DNA from: Terriglobia bacterium
GTDB lineage: Bacteria > Acidobacteriota > Terriglobia > 2-12-FULL-54-10
NCBI GenBank assembly: GCA_963666975.2
Contig: CAXVYR010000002.1
Location: 320,001 to 384,000 of the forward strand
Length of the DNA stretch: 64,000 nt
Direction: 5' to 3'
Every line of letters begins with the position of its first letter. Within the stretch, counting starts at the first letter, position 1. Shown one piece after another: positions 48,981-59,062 of the stretch. The notes beneath the pieces are model-generated. The model saw nothing but the letters and a program-made list of their open reading frames with translations, had not been told where the DNA came from and searched no databases. A program made the position numbers and the translations under genes.

Positions 48981-50192
48981 ATGAATTCACCGGATGCTGG
49001 CTCAAAAGATTCTGGCGCAGAAAATGAGACACGGAGCGTGCCGCACGGCAGCGAAGTCGTCGAGCAGTTCGCAGAAGAAATCCGGCGATTCGTGCGCGCC
49101 GAGCTGATTCCCGCCGAGGCACAAGTCGAAGAAGAAGACCTCGTTCCGGAGCGGCTGGTAGCGATGATGAAGCAGCTTGGCCTGTTCGGCATGACGATCC
49201 CGGAGAGCTACGGCGGCCTTGGATTTTGCATGTCCGAAGAAGTTCGCGTAGTGTACGAACTCGGGTACGCCGCGCCGGCGTTCCGCTCCTGTTTCGGCAC
49301 CAACAACGGCATTGGCTCGCTCGGCCTCCTCGCCGACGGGACCGACGAGCAACGTCAGCAATACCTGCCGCGGATCGCGGCCGGCGACCTGATCGCGGCG
49401 TTTTGCCTGACCGAGCCGGACGCCGGATCAGACGTCGCCGCGCTTTCCACCAGCGCCGTGCGCGACGGGGAATCCTACCTCATCAACGGGACCAAGCGCT
49501 TTGCGACCAACGCTCCGCAGGCCGGCCTGTTCACCGTGTTCGCGCGCACCGCGCCGAAGGAAGCCGGCGCCGAGGGGATCTCGGCGTTTCTGGTCGAGCG
49601 CGCCTCGCCGGGACTCACCGTGGGAAAGCCCTATCAGAAAATGGGATTTCGGGGCTCGCATACTGCTGATGTGGTCTTCGAAGATTGCCGCGTGCCGGCC
49701 ACGGCGCTGCTGGGCGGGAAAGAAGGCGTCGGTTTCAAGTCGGCGATGAAGACACTGGATCACGCGCGCCTGCATCTGGCCGCCGTGGCGGCTGGCCTGA
49801 GCAGACGGCTCATCGACGAGGGCGTGCGCTACACCACCGAGCGCCGGCAATTTGGGCGGCCGATCGCGCAATTTCAACTGATCCAGGGCATGCTGGCCGA
49901 TTGCGAGGCGGAGGCGCTGGCAGCGCACGCCATGGTCGAACGGGTAGCACGCGATAAAGACGCTGGACACCGCATTACGAAGGAGTCGGCCTGCTGCAAG
50001 TACTTCGCAACGGAGGCGCTGGGCCGCATCGCGGACCGTGTGCTGCAGATGCACGGAGGCTATGGCTACATCCGGGAATACCCTGTGGAACGCCTCTACC
50101 GCGACGCGAGGTTGTTTCGCCTGTATGAGGGCACCAGCCAGATCCAGCAACTCGTGATCGCCCGTGAAATGATCCGGCAGACGGCACGCTGA
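48981..50192 (+). CDS. Acyl-CoA dehydrogenase
   Basis: FCLTEPDAGSD, INGTKRFATNA, RRQFGRPI, QMHGGYGY, RLYEGTSQIQ. Confidence 0.95.
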   Translation: MNSPDAGSKDSGAENETRSVPHGSEVVEQFAEEIRRFVRAELIPAEAQVEEEDLVPERLVAMMKQLGLFGMTIPESYGGLGFCMSEEVRVVYELGYAAPAFRSCFGTNNGIGSLGLLADGTDEQRQQYLPRIAAGDLIAAFCLTEPDAGSDVAALSTSAVRDGESYLINGTKRFATNAPQAGLFTVFARTAPKEAGAEGISAFLVERASPGLTVGKPYQKMGFRGSHTADVVFEDCRVPATALLGGKEGVGFKSAMKTLDHARLHLAAVAAGLSRRLIDEGVRYTTERRQFGRPIAQFQLIQGMLADCEAEALAAHAMVERVARDKDAGHRITKESACCKYFATEALGRIADRVLQMHGGYGYIREYPVERLYRDARLFRLYEGTSQIQQLVIAREMIRQTAR

Positions 50193-50424
50193 GCTGCGTA
50201 TTGTGCGGTCACGATTTCCACGTTGGCAACCGATTTGTTGGCAGGCAACGGCAGCGCTTCAATCTTACCGACCTTCTTACCGACCCTGCTGACAAACTGA
50301 CGCGGCTCAGGCTTTTCTTAGTGAGCAGCAACCGGTTGTGATACAAATAGTTGAACGGCCATCCACTCGTCATCACGAACCGCTGTTCGCCTCGGTCGAA
50401 ACCGGGAGATTCCCGGTGAATTCG

Positions 50425-50453
50425 TTGACACACCTTACGTTATAGAGTTTAAT
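50425..50453 (+). promoter_or_regulatory. Sigma70-type promoter for the UbiD/gamma operon
   Basis: TTGACA-N17-TTTAAT; palindrome accgggagattcccggt at 50401-50417 immediately upstream (candidate operator). Confidence 0.55.
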
Positions 50454-50490
50454 GAAGTGTTTTGCCGCAATAATACGGGGGGATAAACTT

Positions 50491-51963
50491 ATGAATCACA
50501 CCGCGGTGGAAGAAAAGATTCCCGTTGAAAAACAGGCTGGGGAAGTTGCCAAGGACCAGCGGAGCTTCATCGAGACGCTACGGCGCACCGGGGACGTTGT
50601 GACCGTGGACCGCGAGGTTCACTGGGATTTGGAGCTGGGGGCCATCAGCCGGCGCGCGACCGAGATGGACGGACCGGCGATCGTGTTCAAAAACATCACG
50701 GATTATCCGGGCCAGAGCATCTTTGTGAACCCCATTTCGACTTGGCGCCGGGCGGCCGTGACGCTGGGATTGCCGGCGCACGCCAAGATATCCGAAATTT
50801 ATGCGGAATACATCCGCAAGGATACCAACGCCATCCCGCCGGTTGAGGTGAAAGACGCCGTTTGCCGGGACGTGATCGTTCGCGGCAAGGACGTCGACGT
50901 GACCAACCTCGCCACTCCCATGATCCACGCCGGAGACGGGGGCCGCTATCTCGGCACATGGTGCATCGTGGTCAGCAAAGACCCCGACACCGGCTGGATG
51001 AACTGGGGCACCTACCGGTTCATGATCCATAACACCCAGTACCTGTCCGGCTGGCCCTTCCCGCCGAGCCATTGCGGAACGATTCTGCAACAGAAATACG
51101 TTCCGCAAAACAAGCCGATGCCGCTTGCCATCATCATGGGGGCGGACCAGTCCAGCCACTTGGCGGCGACCTCAACCACCCGCATCGGTCGCGATGAAGC
51201 TTCGCTCGCCGGAGGATTGGCAGGCCGGCCGATTGAAATCGCCCGCTGCCTCGACAGCGATCTGACCTTCCCGGCGTGCGCCGAGGTCGTGCTGGAAGGA
51301 GAAATTCTTCCCGACCAGATCGCGCACGAAGGCCCCTATGGAGAGTACCCTGGTTACCGCTCGGGTGAAATGGGCGCAGGCATTCTGATGAAGGTAAACA
51401 CCATCGCTCATCGCAAGAACCCCACCCTGTCAATGGATTGCACCGGATTCAAAGATTGCAGCTCGATTGTGGCCGCGCTGGGCGGCGGCGTCGGGATCCA
51501 GCGAACCCTGGAGCGGGCTGGCGTCCCGGTCACGGGCGTTTACGTGCCGTCAGAGGGCGCGGTTCACCTTTGCGTCGTCGGCGTCAGCAAGGGAGGCCGG
51601 GAAGTCACAGAGAAAGTCCTGCACGCTTTGACTGGCCGTCGCACCTATATGACCAAGATTCTCGTCTGCGACGACGACATCGACATCTTCAATCTGAATG
51701 AAGTGATCCATGCGTGGGCCACGCGGTGCCACTCGGAACGCGGCATCATCATTAAGCATGTCGAGGGAAGCGCCCAGGCGCTGACGCCCGCCTACAGCCA
51801 GGAGGAGCGGGCACGGCGCGCCGGAGCCAGCGCCGCGTTTGATGTGACCTTCCCGCCCGAGTGGGATCGCTTGGAGACCCCTGTCCGGGCGACTTTCGAC
51901 AAGATGTTCCCGGAGGAAGTCCAAAAGAAAGTGCTCGACAACTGGAAATCATACGGGTTGTAG
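50491..51963 (+). CDS. UbiD-family carboxylase, phenylphosphate carboxylase alpha (PpcA)/AbcA-like
   Basis: EVHWDLELGAI, NITDYPG, IHAGDGGRYLGTW, NWGTYR, EGPYGEYPGYR, TRCHSERGI, PEEVQKKVLDNWKSYG. Confidence 0.85.
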   Translation: MNHTAVEEKIPVEKQAGEVAKDQRSFIETLRRTGDVVTVDREVHWDLELGAISRRATEMDGPAIVFKNITDYPGQSIFVNPISTWRRAAVTLGLPAHAKISEIYAEYIRKDTNAIPPVEVKDAVCRDVIVRGKDVDVTNLATPMIHAGDGGRYLGTWCIVVSKDPDTGWMNWGTYRFMIHNTQYLSGWPFPPSHCGTILQQKYVPQNKPMPLAIIMGADQSSHLAATSTTRIGRDEASLAGGLAGRPIEIARCLDSDLTFPACAEVVLEGEILPDQIAHEGPYGEYPGYRSGEMGAGILMKVNTIAHRKNPTLSMDCTGFKDCSSIVAALGGGVGIQRTLERAGVPVTGVYVPSEGAVHLCVVGVSKGGREVTEKVLHALTGRRTYMTKILVCDDDIDIFNLNEVIHAWATRCHSERGIIIKHVEGSAQALTPAYSQEERARRAGASAAFDVTFPPEWDRLETPVRATFDKMFPEEVQKKVLDNWKSYGL

Positions 51964-51976
51964 GAGGGAAGCTCAG

Positions 51977-52267
51977 GTGGAATACCAAACCCATGCAAGA
52001 CATATGAACGACATCCAAGAGAACAAGACCCTGGCGCTGACGATCCGCGACCTCAGTCCCGGCAAGCACAAGTACACCGCCCGCGTGGCCCGCGTGCAAC
52101 TGTCGCGCAGCCTCGAAGCCTTGGCGAAGTGGGACAAGCTTTGGGTCCACTCCGTCGTGGGCATCAAGGACCCTCAGCCGTGGGGCATGAAGATCGTGGA
52201 AGAGCTGGGAATCACCGTCCCCGGCAAGCCCTACAGCGACATCTACGAAGTTCTGGCGAAGATGTAG
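51977..52267 (+). CDS. Phenylphosphate carboxylase gamma-subunit (PpcD/AbcD)-like small protein
   Basis: LALTIRDLSPGKHKYT...DKLWV resembles the LELSVRTLNPGxxKYT...DQLQV pattern recalled for Phenyl_P_gamma; RBS ggaggg; directly follows the UbiD gene. Confidence 0.75.
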   Translation: MEYQTHARHMNDIQENKTLALTIRDLSPGKHKYTARVARVQLSRSLEALAKWDKLWVHSVVGIKDPQPWGMKIVEELGITVPGKPYSDIYEVLAKM

Positions 52268-52682
52268 AATCGGGGGACGTCCGGATAGACGCCGCGATTG
52301 AAGCACGCGAGCGAGTCTTCCGGGCCGGTCGTGTTCCCAGTGCGGCTCCTCCGCTCCCAGATTGAAAATTCACAGCGGATTGATCCGTTTCAATGGAAAC
52401 GGCCTGCGGGAGGTCGGCCAACTTCCGCATCCCGGAAGACTTGTTCCCCTCGCCACAAACTAGCTTTTCGAAGCCGGATTTGACAAAAACCCGCCCTTTG
52501 GCAGTTCCCAGGGCGATACCAGGCCGGCACGCATTCATACAAGCTCCGGAACGACGCTACAACCGAAGCCTTCCTTGGACACCCAGCCCGACGCGGATCA
52601 CATCGCGGAGCTTTCGTCGAAGGCAGTTGGAGACCCTGTTGCTGGCAACTCGGAGTGTGATCCTAATCATGTCAGGAGAGGA

Positions 52683-54851
52683 GTGACCTTGACGCTGGGA
52701 AGTCAGAAAAAGTTCGATCTGGACGCCATGTTCAAGCCGCGTTCCATTGCCTTGATCGGTGTTTCCAGCAACTTCACCAAGCTCAGCGGCCGGCCGCTGC
52801 GGTTTCTCCAGGAGTACGGATATTCAGGGAAGATATACCCGGTCAATCCGAACTATAAAGAACTAGCCGGCCTCCAGTGCTACCCCAGCGTGACGGCCGT
52901 GCCCGGTGAGATTGATCTGGCGGTAATTTCCTTGCCTGCGGCTGCGGTTCCCGGGGTCGTCAAGGAGTGTGCCGCCAAAGGGGTAAAGGCGGTAACCGTC
53001 TTTACCGCCGGTTTCTCCGAAATGGACTCCGAAGGACAGCGGCTGCAGGAGGAAATGCGCCAGGCGGCGCTCGATGGAGGCGTGGCCTTGAGCGGCCCCA
53101 ACTGCGCCGGCCTGGTGAGCGTGCGGGAAAAGTCCATGGGCACGTTTATTACGGCCATGGACCGCGGGTCGCTTTTGGAAGGCCCCGTGAGCTTTGTCAC
53201 CCAAAGCGGGGCTCTCGGCACCTACATGTTTGCCGCGGCGCAGGACGCGGGCGTGGGCTTCAACTACTGGGTGAGCACGGGCAACGAAGCGGTGCTGGGG
53301 TTTGCCGACTTCGTTTCCTATTTCGTAAAACAACAGAGCACCCAGGCGATCATGGCCTACATGGAGGATGCACGGGATGGCGAGGCCTTCCAGGCTTGCG
53401 CCCTCGAAGCTCTGGATGCGGGCAAGCCGCTAATCATCCTCAAAGTGGGGGGGTCGGAGACAGGCGCCAAGGCAGCCACCTCCCATACCGGAGCTTTGGC
53501 GGGATCGGACAAGGTATACGATGCTGTATTTGAGCGGTGCGGCGTCATTAGGGCTTATGATGTGGAGGATCTGTATGACCTCGCCAACATCGCCATGGCC
53601 CAGCACTATCCAAAGGGCCCGGCGGTGGCGATGATGACGATCTCCGGGGGCGCAGGCATCCTCATGTGCGACCGCTGCGAGGAGGCGCGGCTGGAAGTAG
53701 CCAGCCTGGCTTCCGAGACGGTGGAGGAACTGCGCAAAGTTTTGCCGCCCTTCGCATCGGCTGTAAATCCCGTGGACGTCACTGCGGAACTGGTGGCCGT
53801 TCCCGGCCTGTTGAAGCGATCGATGGGGATCGTGCTTGCTGATCCAACGGTGGACAGCCTGGTCATCTTTCTCGGGCTACAACTGCACACCGGGACCGAT
53901 CTGGCGCGGGACATTGTGGAAGCTGCCACAGCAACGAAAAAAACGGTCGTGGTGAATTGGATTGCGCCTCCGGAAGATGCACGGGCCATCCTCAGAGAAA
54001 ACAATATCCCGATGTTTCCCGATCCGGCCAGAGGCATCCGGGCGCTCGGCGCGCTGGCGACCTACGCACAGCGGCGTCGCGGTTATCTCGAGCGGAAAAC
54101 CGCCCAGAAGCAAGCATACAAAGAATCCGCACAAGACAAGCAAAGACGGGAGAAAGCCAGGCAAGTCATTCAGGAAGCCCGCCTGCAAGGACGCCAGACC
54201 CTGGCTGAAGGGGAAGCCAAAGCCATCTTGGAACTATATGGCGTTCCAGTGCCGCAGCGGCAGATGGCCCAGAATCGAGCGGCTGCTGCACAAGCGGCTC
54301 AGGAACTGGGCTTTCCGGTGGTGATGAAGATCGCCTCGGCCGACATTACCCATAAAACCGAAGCCGGCGGCGTGCGCCTGGGAATTCAGGACGCGCAGCA
54401 GGCAGCTCAGGCTTACGAGGAGATCATTGCCAAAGCCAAAGCCTATCATCCGCAGGCCACGCTCGACGGGGTCCTCGTGGAGCAAACCGTCAGTGACGGG
54501 CTGCAGGTGATCGTAGGCTTCAAGCAAGACCCCCGGTTTGGGCCGGTGGTAACCTTTGGGTTGGGCGGCATATTCGTTGAACTGATCCGGGACATCACGC
54601 TGCGAGTGGTCCCGCTGTACGAACAAGAAGCGCTGGCCATGATCCGGGAAACCAAGGCCTATCCTCTCCTGACCGGCTATCGCGGCGAACAACCTCGGGA
54701 TATACGTGCCCTTTCCCAGGCCATATTAGCCGTGAGCCAGCTTGCCCAAGAATTCAAAAATGAGTTGGCCGAGCTGGATATTAATCCGCTTATAGTCTTG
54801 CCTGAGGGAAAGGGGGTCAAGGCTGTCGATGCGTTCATGGTGGTCAAATGA
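52683..54851 (+). CDS. ADP-forming acyl-CoA ligase (acetate--CoA ligase family, fused alpha-beta)
   Basis: PRSIALIG, YPVNP, GPNCAG, QSGAL, STGNEA, phospho-His in SHTGALAG, HKTEAGGV, LDINPL; GTG start after aggagagga. Confidence 0.92.
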   Translation: MTLTLGSQKKFDLDAMFKPRSIALIGVSSNFTKLSGRPLRFLQEYGYSGKIYPVNPNYKELAGLQCYPSVTAVPGEIDLAVISLPAAAVPGVVKECAAKGVKAVTVFTAGFSEMDSEGQRLQEEMRQAALDGGVALSGPNCAGLVSVREKSMGTFITAMDRGSLLEGPVSFVTQSGALGTYMFAAAQDAGVGFNYWVSTGNEAVLGFADFVSYFVKQQSTQAIMAYMEDARDGEAFQACALEALDAGKPLIILKVGGSETGAKAATSHTGALAGSDKVYDAVFERCGVIRAYDVEDLYDLANIAMAQHYPKGPAVAMMTISGGAGILMCDRCEEARLEVASLASETVEELRKVLPPFASAVNPVDVTAELVAVPGLLKRSMGIVLADPTVDSLVIFLGLQLHTGTDLARDIVEAATATKKTVVVNWIAPPEDARAILRENNIPMFPDPARGIRALGALATYAQRRRGYLERKTAQKQAYKESAQDKQRREKARQVIQEARLQGRQTLAEGEAKAILELYGVPVPQRQMAQNRAAAAQAAQELGFPVVMKIASADITHKTEAGGVRLGIQDAQQAAQAYEEIIAKAKAYHPQATLDGVLVEQTVSDGLQVIVGFKQDPRFGPVVTFGLGGIFVELIRDITLRVVPLYEQEALAMIRETKAYPLLTGYRGEQPRDIRALSQAILAVSQLAQEFKNELAELDINPLIVLPEGKGVKAVDAFMVVK

Positions 54852-55108
54852 ACACTTCGTGCTCGATCCAAACAGATATGTTTCACTCTCCCCTGGGTCC
54901 ACCGCAAGCCTCAGCCTCTTCCAAACAATTCATCCATAATACCTTAAGCCACGGCGCTCTCCGCTTACAGAAGCCCGGACCGGCAAGTCTGCTGGACAGC
55001 CAAAAACATATCCAAGTCAACAATTCTCCTATATAACTGCTAATCATCCCGCCCGCATCTGCCGATGAACTATATGGTGGTATTGCACAACGTGATATTG
55101 CACTAACT

Positions 55109-56365
55109 ATGCGAAGAATCCTATTTGTAGATGACAAACCGAAGACCTTGGAAGAACTGAAGGTCGTCATGCGCCCGCAACAGGAGCAGTGGGAAATGGC
55201 CTTTGTTGCCGGCAGTGAGGCTGCTCTGGCCATGCTGGAAGCCACGCCTTTCGACGTGATCGTTACGGACCCCAGGCTGGCAGGGGTCAAAAAAACCAGC
55301 CTGCTGAACTTCGTTAAGGACCGGTTTCCCGGAGTGGTCCGCATCGGGCTTTTGGATCAAGGCGATGCCGCATTGCAGGAAGCTCCCATAGCCCATCAAT
55401 TCCTCACCAAGCCCTGCGAACCTTCCGAACTGAGGGTGGCGGTGGAGCGGTCCTGCAAGCTGCGGGATCTGCTGAATGACGAGTTCATTAGCCGCGCCGT
55501 GGGCTCGATGTCCGATCTTCCTTCGCTTCCCAAGGTCTATGAAGAACTCACCAGCGCCTTGAGAAATCCCAACATCTCGCTGAATAAAATTGCCAAAATT
55601 GTGGAGCAGGACGTGGGCATATCGGCCAAGTTGCTGCAACTGGCAAACTCCGCTCTGTTCGGGACCGTGCGGGACATGAACACGGTTCACATGGCGGTCA
55701 GCTACATGGGCCTGGATGTGATCCAGCACATGGTGCTTTCCCTGGAAGTTTTCCGAAGCTTCGAGGGACTCGGAAAAATCGAAGGCTTTTCTCTGGAAGC
55801 AACGCAAGAGCACGCTCAGCTCACCGCCAAAATCACCGCGCGCCTTCTCCCGGCCAAGTACATGGCGGATACGGCGATTGTGGCCGCTCTGCTGCATGAT
55901 GTGGGCAAGCTGGTATTGGTCTCGAAAATGCCCGGCCGTTTCAAGCGGTGCCTGGAAACTTCGCGGGAACAAAACCGTCCCTTGTACCAAGTGGAAGAAG
56001 AGCTGGGCGGGATTACCCACGCGGAGATCGGAGCCTATCTGCTGGGCTTGTGGGGGCTGCCGTATTCGGTCGCCGAAGCCGTGGCGCACCATCACAAGCC
56101 GACGCGCGTGCCGCATCAGAATTTTGACGCGGTGGGAGCGGTTTACGTAGCCAACCTGCTCGCCCATGCTCATGCCCCCGAGGCAAAGACTTCCTGGGAT
56201 GTGGAGGATCCCATCGATGTGGAATACCTTCAGGCCGTCGGCGTAGCGGACCAACTCGAAGGATGGCAGGCGATGGCCAAACAAATGGCGATGCCCCAAC
56301 AGAACGAAAACGAACAGCAGGAAGCGGACGGAGAAAAGCGTGTCCTCAAGCACACTGGCGGATAG
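55109..56365 (+). CDS. Response regulator with REC and HDOD domains
   Basis: ILFVDD, DVIVTD, LPSLP, KLLQLANSALFG, ALLHDVGKL, THAEIGAYLLGLWGLP. Confidence 0.92.
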   Translation: MRRILFVDDKPKTLEELKVVMRPQQEQWEMAFVAGSEAALAMLEATPFDVIVTDPRLAGVKKTSLLNFVKDRFPGVVRIGLLDQGDAALQEAPIAHQFLTKPCEPSELRVAVERSCKLRDLLNDEFISRAVGSMSDLPSLPKVYEELTSALRNPNISLNKIAKIVEQDVGISAKLLQLANSALFGTVRDMNTVHMAVSYMGLDVIQHMVLSLEVFRSFEGLGKIEGFSLEATQEHAQLTAKITARLLPAKYMADTAIVAALLHDVGKLVLVSKMPGRFKRCLETSREQNRPLYQVEEELGGITHAEIGAYLLGLWGLPYSVAEAVAHHHKPTRVPHQNFDAVGAVYVANLLAHAHAPEAKTSWDVEDPIDVEYLQAVGVADQLEGWQAMAKQMAMPQQNENEQQEADGEKRVLKHTGG

Positions 56366-56774
56366 CGGCAACAAAGTCGAAATTTCTCGCCTGCGCGCTT
56401 TTGAACTGTTCGAGGGGCTGGACGAGAAACAACTCGGCGATCTTGCCCAAAACTTTGTTCAAACCACAGCCCCAGCCGGTGCCGTCATTATTCAGCAGGG
56501 GCAAGTAGGCAAGGAAGTTTACTTGCTGGAAGAAGGGTCCGTGCGCGTCTATCGCGGGGAAAGCGACACGGAGGGATTCCTCACCGACCTCCAGGCTCCC
56601 ACGCTTTTAGGAGAGTCGGCACTGCTCGACCCGGAGCGCATCCGCACGGCCAGCGTGAAGGCATTGAGCGACGTCCGTATGTTAACCATCCAGCTCAGCC
56701 CTTTTCTTTCCATTCTGCTGAGCTTCCCATCGGTGAAGGAAAACTTGCGGCAGATGATCGCCTCGCGGCGCTAA
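56340..56774 (+). CDS. Stand-alone cyclic nucleotide-binding domain protein
   Basis: LFEGL, IIQQGQVG, YLLEEGSVRV, LGESALL, RTASVKA. Confidence 0.88.
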   Translation: MSSSTLADSGNKVEISRLRAFELFEGLDEKQLGDLAQNFVQTTAPAGAVIIQQGQVGKEVYLLEEGSVRVYRGESDTEGFLTDLQAPTLLGESALLDPERIRTASVKALSDVRMLTIQLSPFLSILLSFPSVKENLRQMIASRR

Positions 56775-56956
56775 ACCCGCGGCGCTAAACCAGCGATAGC
56801 AATTTCCAGCCCGGCATGCTCCCGCCCGTCACAATTCAGATCATTCGCAGACACCGCGACCGCACATTGCCTTTATTTTACAAAGTGCCGTCTTGCAAAA
56901 TGGCATTTTACAAAATCGCCTGAATGGAAAGCTTGTTTTGAGGAACTCCAGCGGCG

Positions 56957-57030
56957 CCCTACGGAAGCGGGGCCGGGAGGTTGGAGCGAGCTTCGTCGAT
57001 GGCCCAGACGATAAGCGATTGACCGCCCCC
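56957..57030 (-). repeat. Diverged, internally deleted duplicate of the gltD 3' end
   Basis: 29-bp identity between 56957-56985 and 57609-57637; encodes [21 protein letters not shown]. Confidence 0.85.
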
Positions 57031-57070
57031 ATGCTACAATCAACCCAACCTGAAGCGAGAGGGACCGTGA

Positions 57071-57368
57071 ATGCCCACCAAGGAAAAGCGCGCGGCGCGC
57101 CGGCAAAGAAAAACGGTAGAGATCGATGAGGTAGCCATCCGCCTTCACATTAAAGCGCTGAAGGGAGGCGGGTATCTGGCAACCAGTCCTGACGTGCCTG
57201 GTCTGGTTGCAGAAGGGCACAGCGTAACGGAGGCTGCCGGAGATTGCTCAGGGGCTAACCCGGAAGATCGTTGAATCGTGCATGGAGCACGGAGACCCTC
57301 TTCCTCCCGCGCTAGCCAAGCTCACGCTAGGTCCGCTGGAGCTCCGAGTGCCGGTAGCAATCCGCTGA
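57071..57368 (+). pseudogene. hicB: HicB-family antitoxin with a +1 frameshift
   Basis: GGYLATSPDVPGLVAEGHSVTEAA / EIAQGLTRKIVESCMEHGDPLP; one extra G near 57239. Confidence 0.8.
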
Positions 57369-57591
57369 TGGGACGCCTGGCTGGTTTCGCCTATCGCGAG
57401 GTTGTGAGGCGTCTGCGAACGTTTGGTTTCTCTTCGACTGGCAGGGTCCTGGAAGCCACGAGATCTGGCGTCATTTCTCTACTGGCCGCAAAGTTACAAT
57501 TCCCCATCATCCGCGCGACATGCCAGAAGGTACCCTGCGCGCCGTCCTCCGCGAAGCGGGGATTGCTGTGAACGAGTTTTTGAAGGCATGA
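57368..57591 (+). pseudogene. hicA: HicA-family toxin with a frameshift
   Basis: MGRLAGFAYREVVRRLRTFGF / FDWQGPGSHEIWRH...IPHHPRDMPEGTLRAVLREAGI. Confidence 0.8.
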
Positions 57592-57610
57592 GCCGCAAGC
57601 GTTCCGCTCC

Positions 57611-59062
57611 CTACGGAAGCGGGGCCGGGAGGTTGGATGTGCCCATCAGGAAGAGGTCCATTCCACGGGCGGCGGAGCGCCCTTCTGCAATGGCCCAGAC
57701 AATTAATGACTGGCCGCGCTGCATATCGCCTGCCGTAAAAACGCCCGGAACATTGGTCATCCAGTTTTTGTCCCTCGAAACGTTCCCGCGGTCTGTGAGC
57801 TTTACGCCCAGCTCATCGAGCATCCCGTTTCTTTCCGGACCGAGGAAGCCCATGGCCAGCAGCACCATGTCCACGTCCATTTCCGTCTCCGATCCCGGCG
57901 CCTCAGGAAACGACATACGCCCCTGCGGGTCTATTACCATCTCGACCCGGACGGCATGAAGTTTTTTCACACGGCCGTTCTCGCCGGTGAAGCGTTTTGT
58001 GGAGATGGAGAACTCCCGGAGCCCGCCCTCTTCGTGAGCCGAGGAAGTTCGGAAAATGTTCGGCCACAGCGGCCACGGGTTGCTGCCGGAATCCCGGGAA
58101 TCGGGAGGCCGCGGGAGCAGCTCGAACTGGTGGACCGAAAGCGCCCCTTGCCGGTGGACGGTGCCGAGACAGTCGGCCCCGGTATCGCCTCCGCCGATGA
58201 TGACCACTCGCTTCCCTTGAGCCGTGAGGAACTCCTCATCGGAAATCCGGTCGCCTTCGCATCGCTTGTTCTGGAGGGTGAGGTAGTCCATGGCAAAGTG
58301 GATGCCTTGCAGCTCGCGGCCCGGGATGGGAAGGTCCCGGGGCCAGCGAGATCCGCCCGCCAGCAGGAGGGCATCGAATCCCTCCTGGAGATCTTTGGCA
58401 GGAACATGGCCGCCGATGTCGCAATTGGTTTGGAAGACGATGCCGCTCTCCTCCAATAGACGAATTCGCCGCTCCAAAAAATGCTTCTCCATCTTGAACT
58501 CGGGGATGCCGTAACGGAGGAGCCCTCCGATCCGGTCCGCGCGCTCGAAAACCGTCACCCGATGGCCCGCCCGGTTCAACTGCTCCGCCGCCGCCAGGCC
58601 CGCAGGCCCGGAACCGACCACGGCAACCTTCTTGCCGGTGCGAACGGCGGGCACGGCCGCCTGCACCCATCCCTCATGGAACGCGCGGTCGATGATGGAG
58701 ACCTCGATCTGCTTGATCGTCACCGGGTCATCGTTGATGCCGAGCACGCAAGAGCCTTCGCACGGGGCCGGGCAAAGCCGCCCGGTAAACTCCGGAAAGT
58801 TGTTGGTGGCGTGAAGACGGGCGATGGCTTCCTGCCAGCGCTCCCGGTAAATCAGGTCGTTCCAGTCCGGGATGAGGTTGCCGAGTGGGCAACCCTGATG
58901 GCAGAAGGGAATGCCGCAGTCCATGCAGCGCGCAGCCTGCTTCCGGAGCTTGCCGTTCTCAAAAGGGAGGTAGACCTCCTGCCAGTCGCGAATTCGCCCA
59001 TCCACGGGACGGCGGCTGGGGGTCTCTCGGGGAAATTCAATAAAGCCGGTTGGTTTAGCCAT
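57611..59062 (-). CDS. gltD: Glutamate synthase small subunit
   Basis: [61 protein letters not shown]. Confidence 0.97.
   Translation of the reverse strand: MAKPTGFIEFPRETPSRRPVDGRIRDWQEVYLPFENGKLRKQAARCMDCGIPFCHQGCPLGNLIPDWNDLIYRERWQEAIARLHATNNFPEFTGRLCPAPCEGSCVLGINDDPVTIKQIEVSIIDRAFHEGWVQAAVPAVRTGKKVAVVGSGPAGLAAAEQLNRAGHRVTVFERADRIGGLLRYGIPEFKMEKHFLERRIRLLEESGIVFQTNCDIGGHVPAKDLQEGFDALLLAGGSRWPRDLPIPGRELQGIHFAMDYLTLQNKRCEGDRISDEEFLTAQGKRVVIIGGGDTGADCLGTVHRQGALSVHQFELLPRPPDSRDSGSNPWPLWPNIFRTSSAHEEGGLREFSISTKRFTGENGRVKKLHAVRVEMVIDPQGRMSFPEAPGSETEMDVDMVLLAMGFLGPERNGMLDELGVKLTDRGNVSRDKNWMTNVPGVFTAGDMQRGQSLIVWAIAEGRSAARGMDLFLMGTSNLPAPLP

Noticed and set aside
52380-52393. FNR-like box TTGAT-N4-TTCAA upstream of the CoA ligase
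   Set aside because: One mismatch, about 300 bp from the start codon, and part of a larger hairpin; unsupported without comparative data
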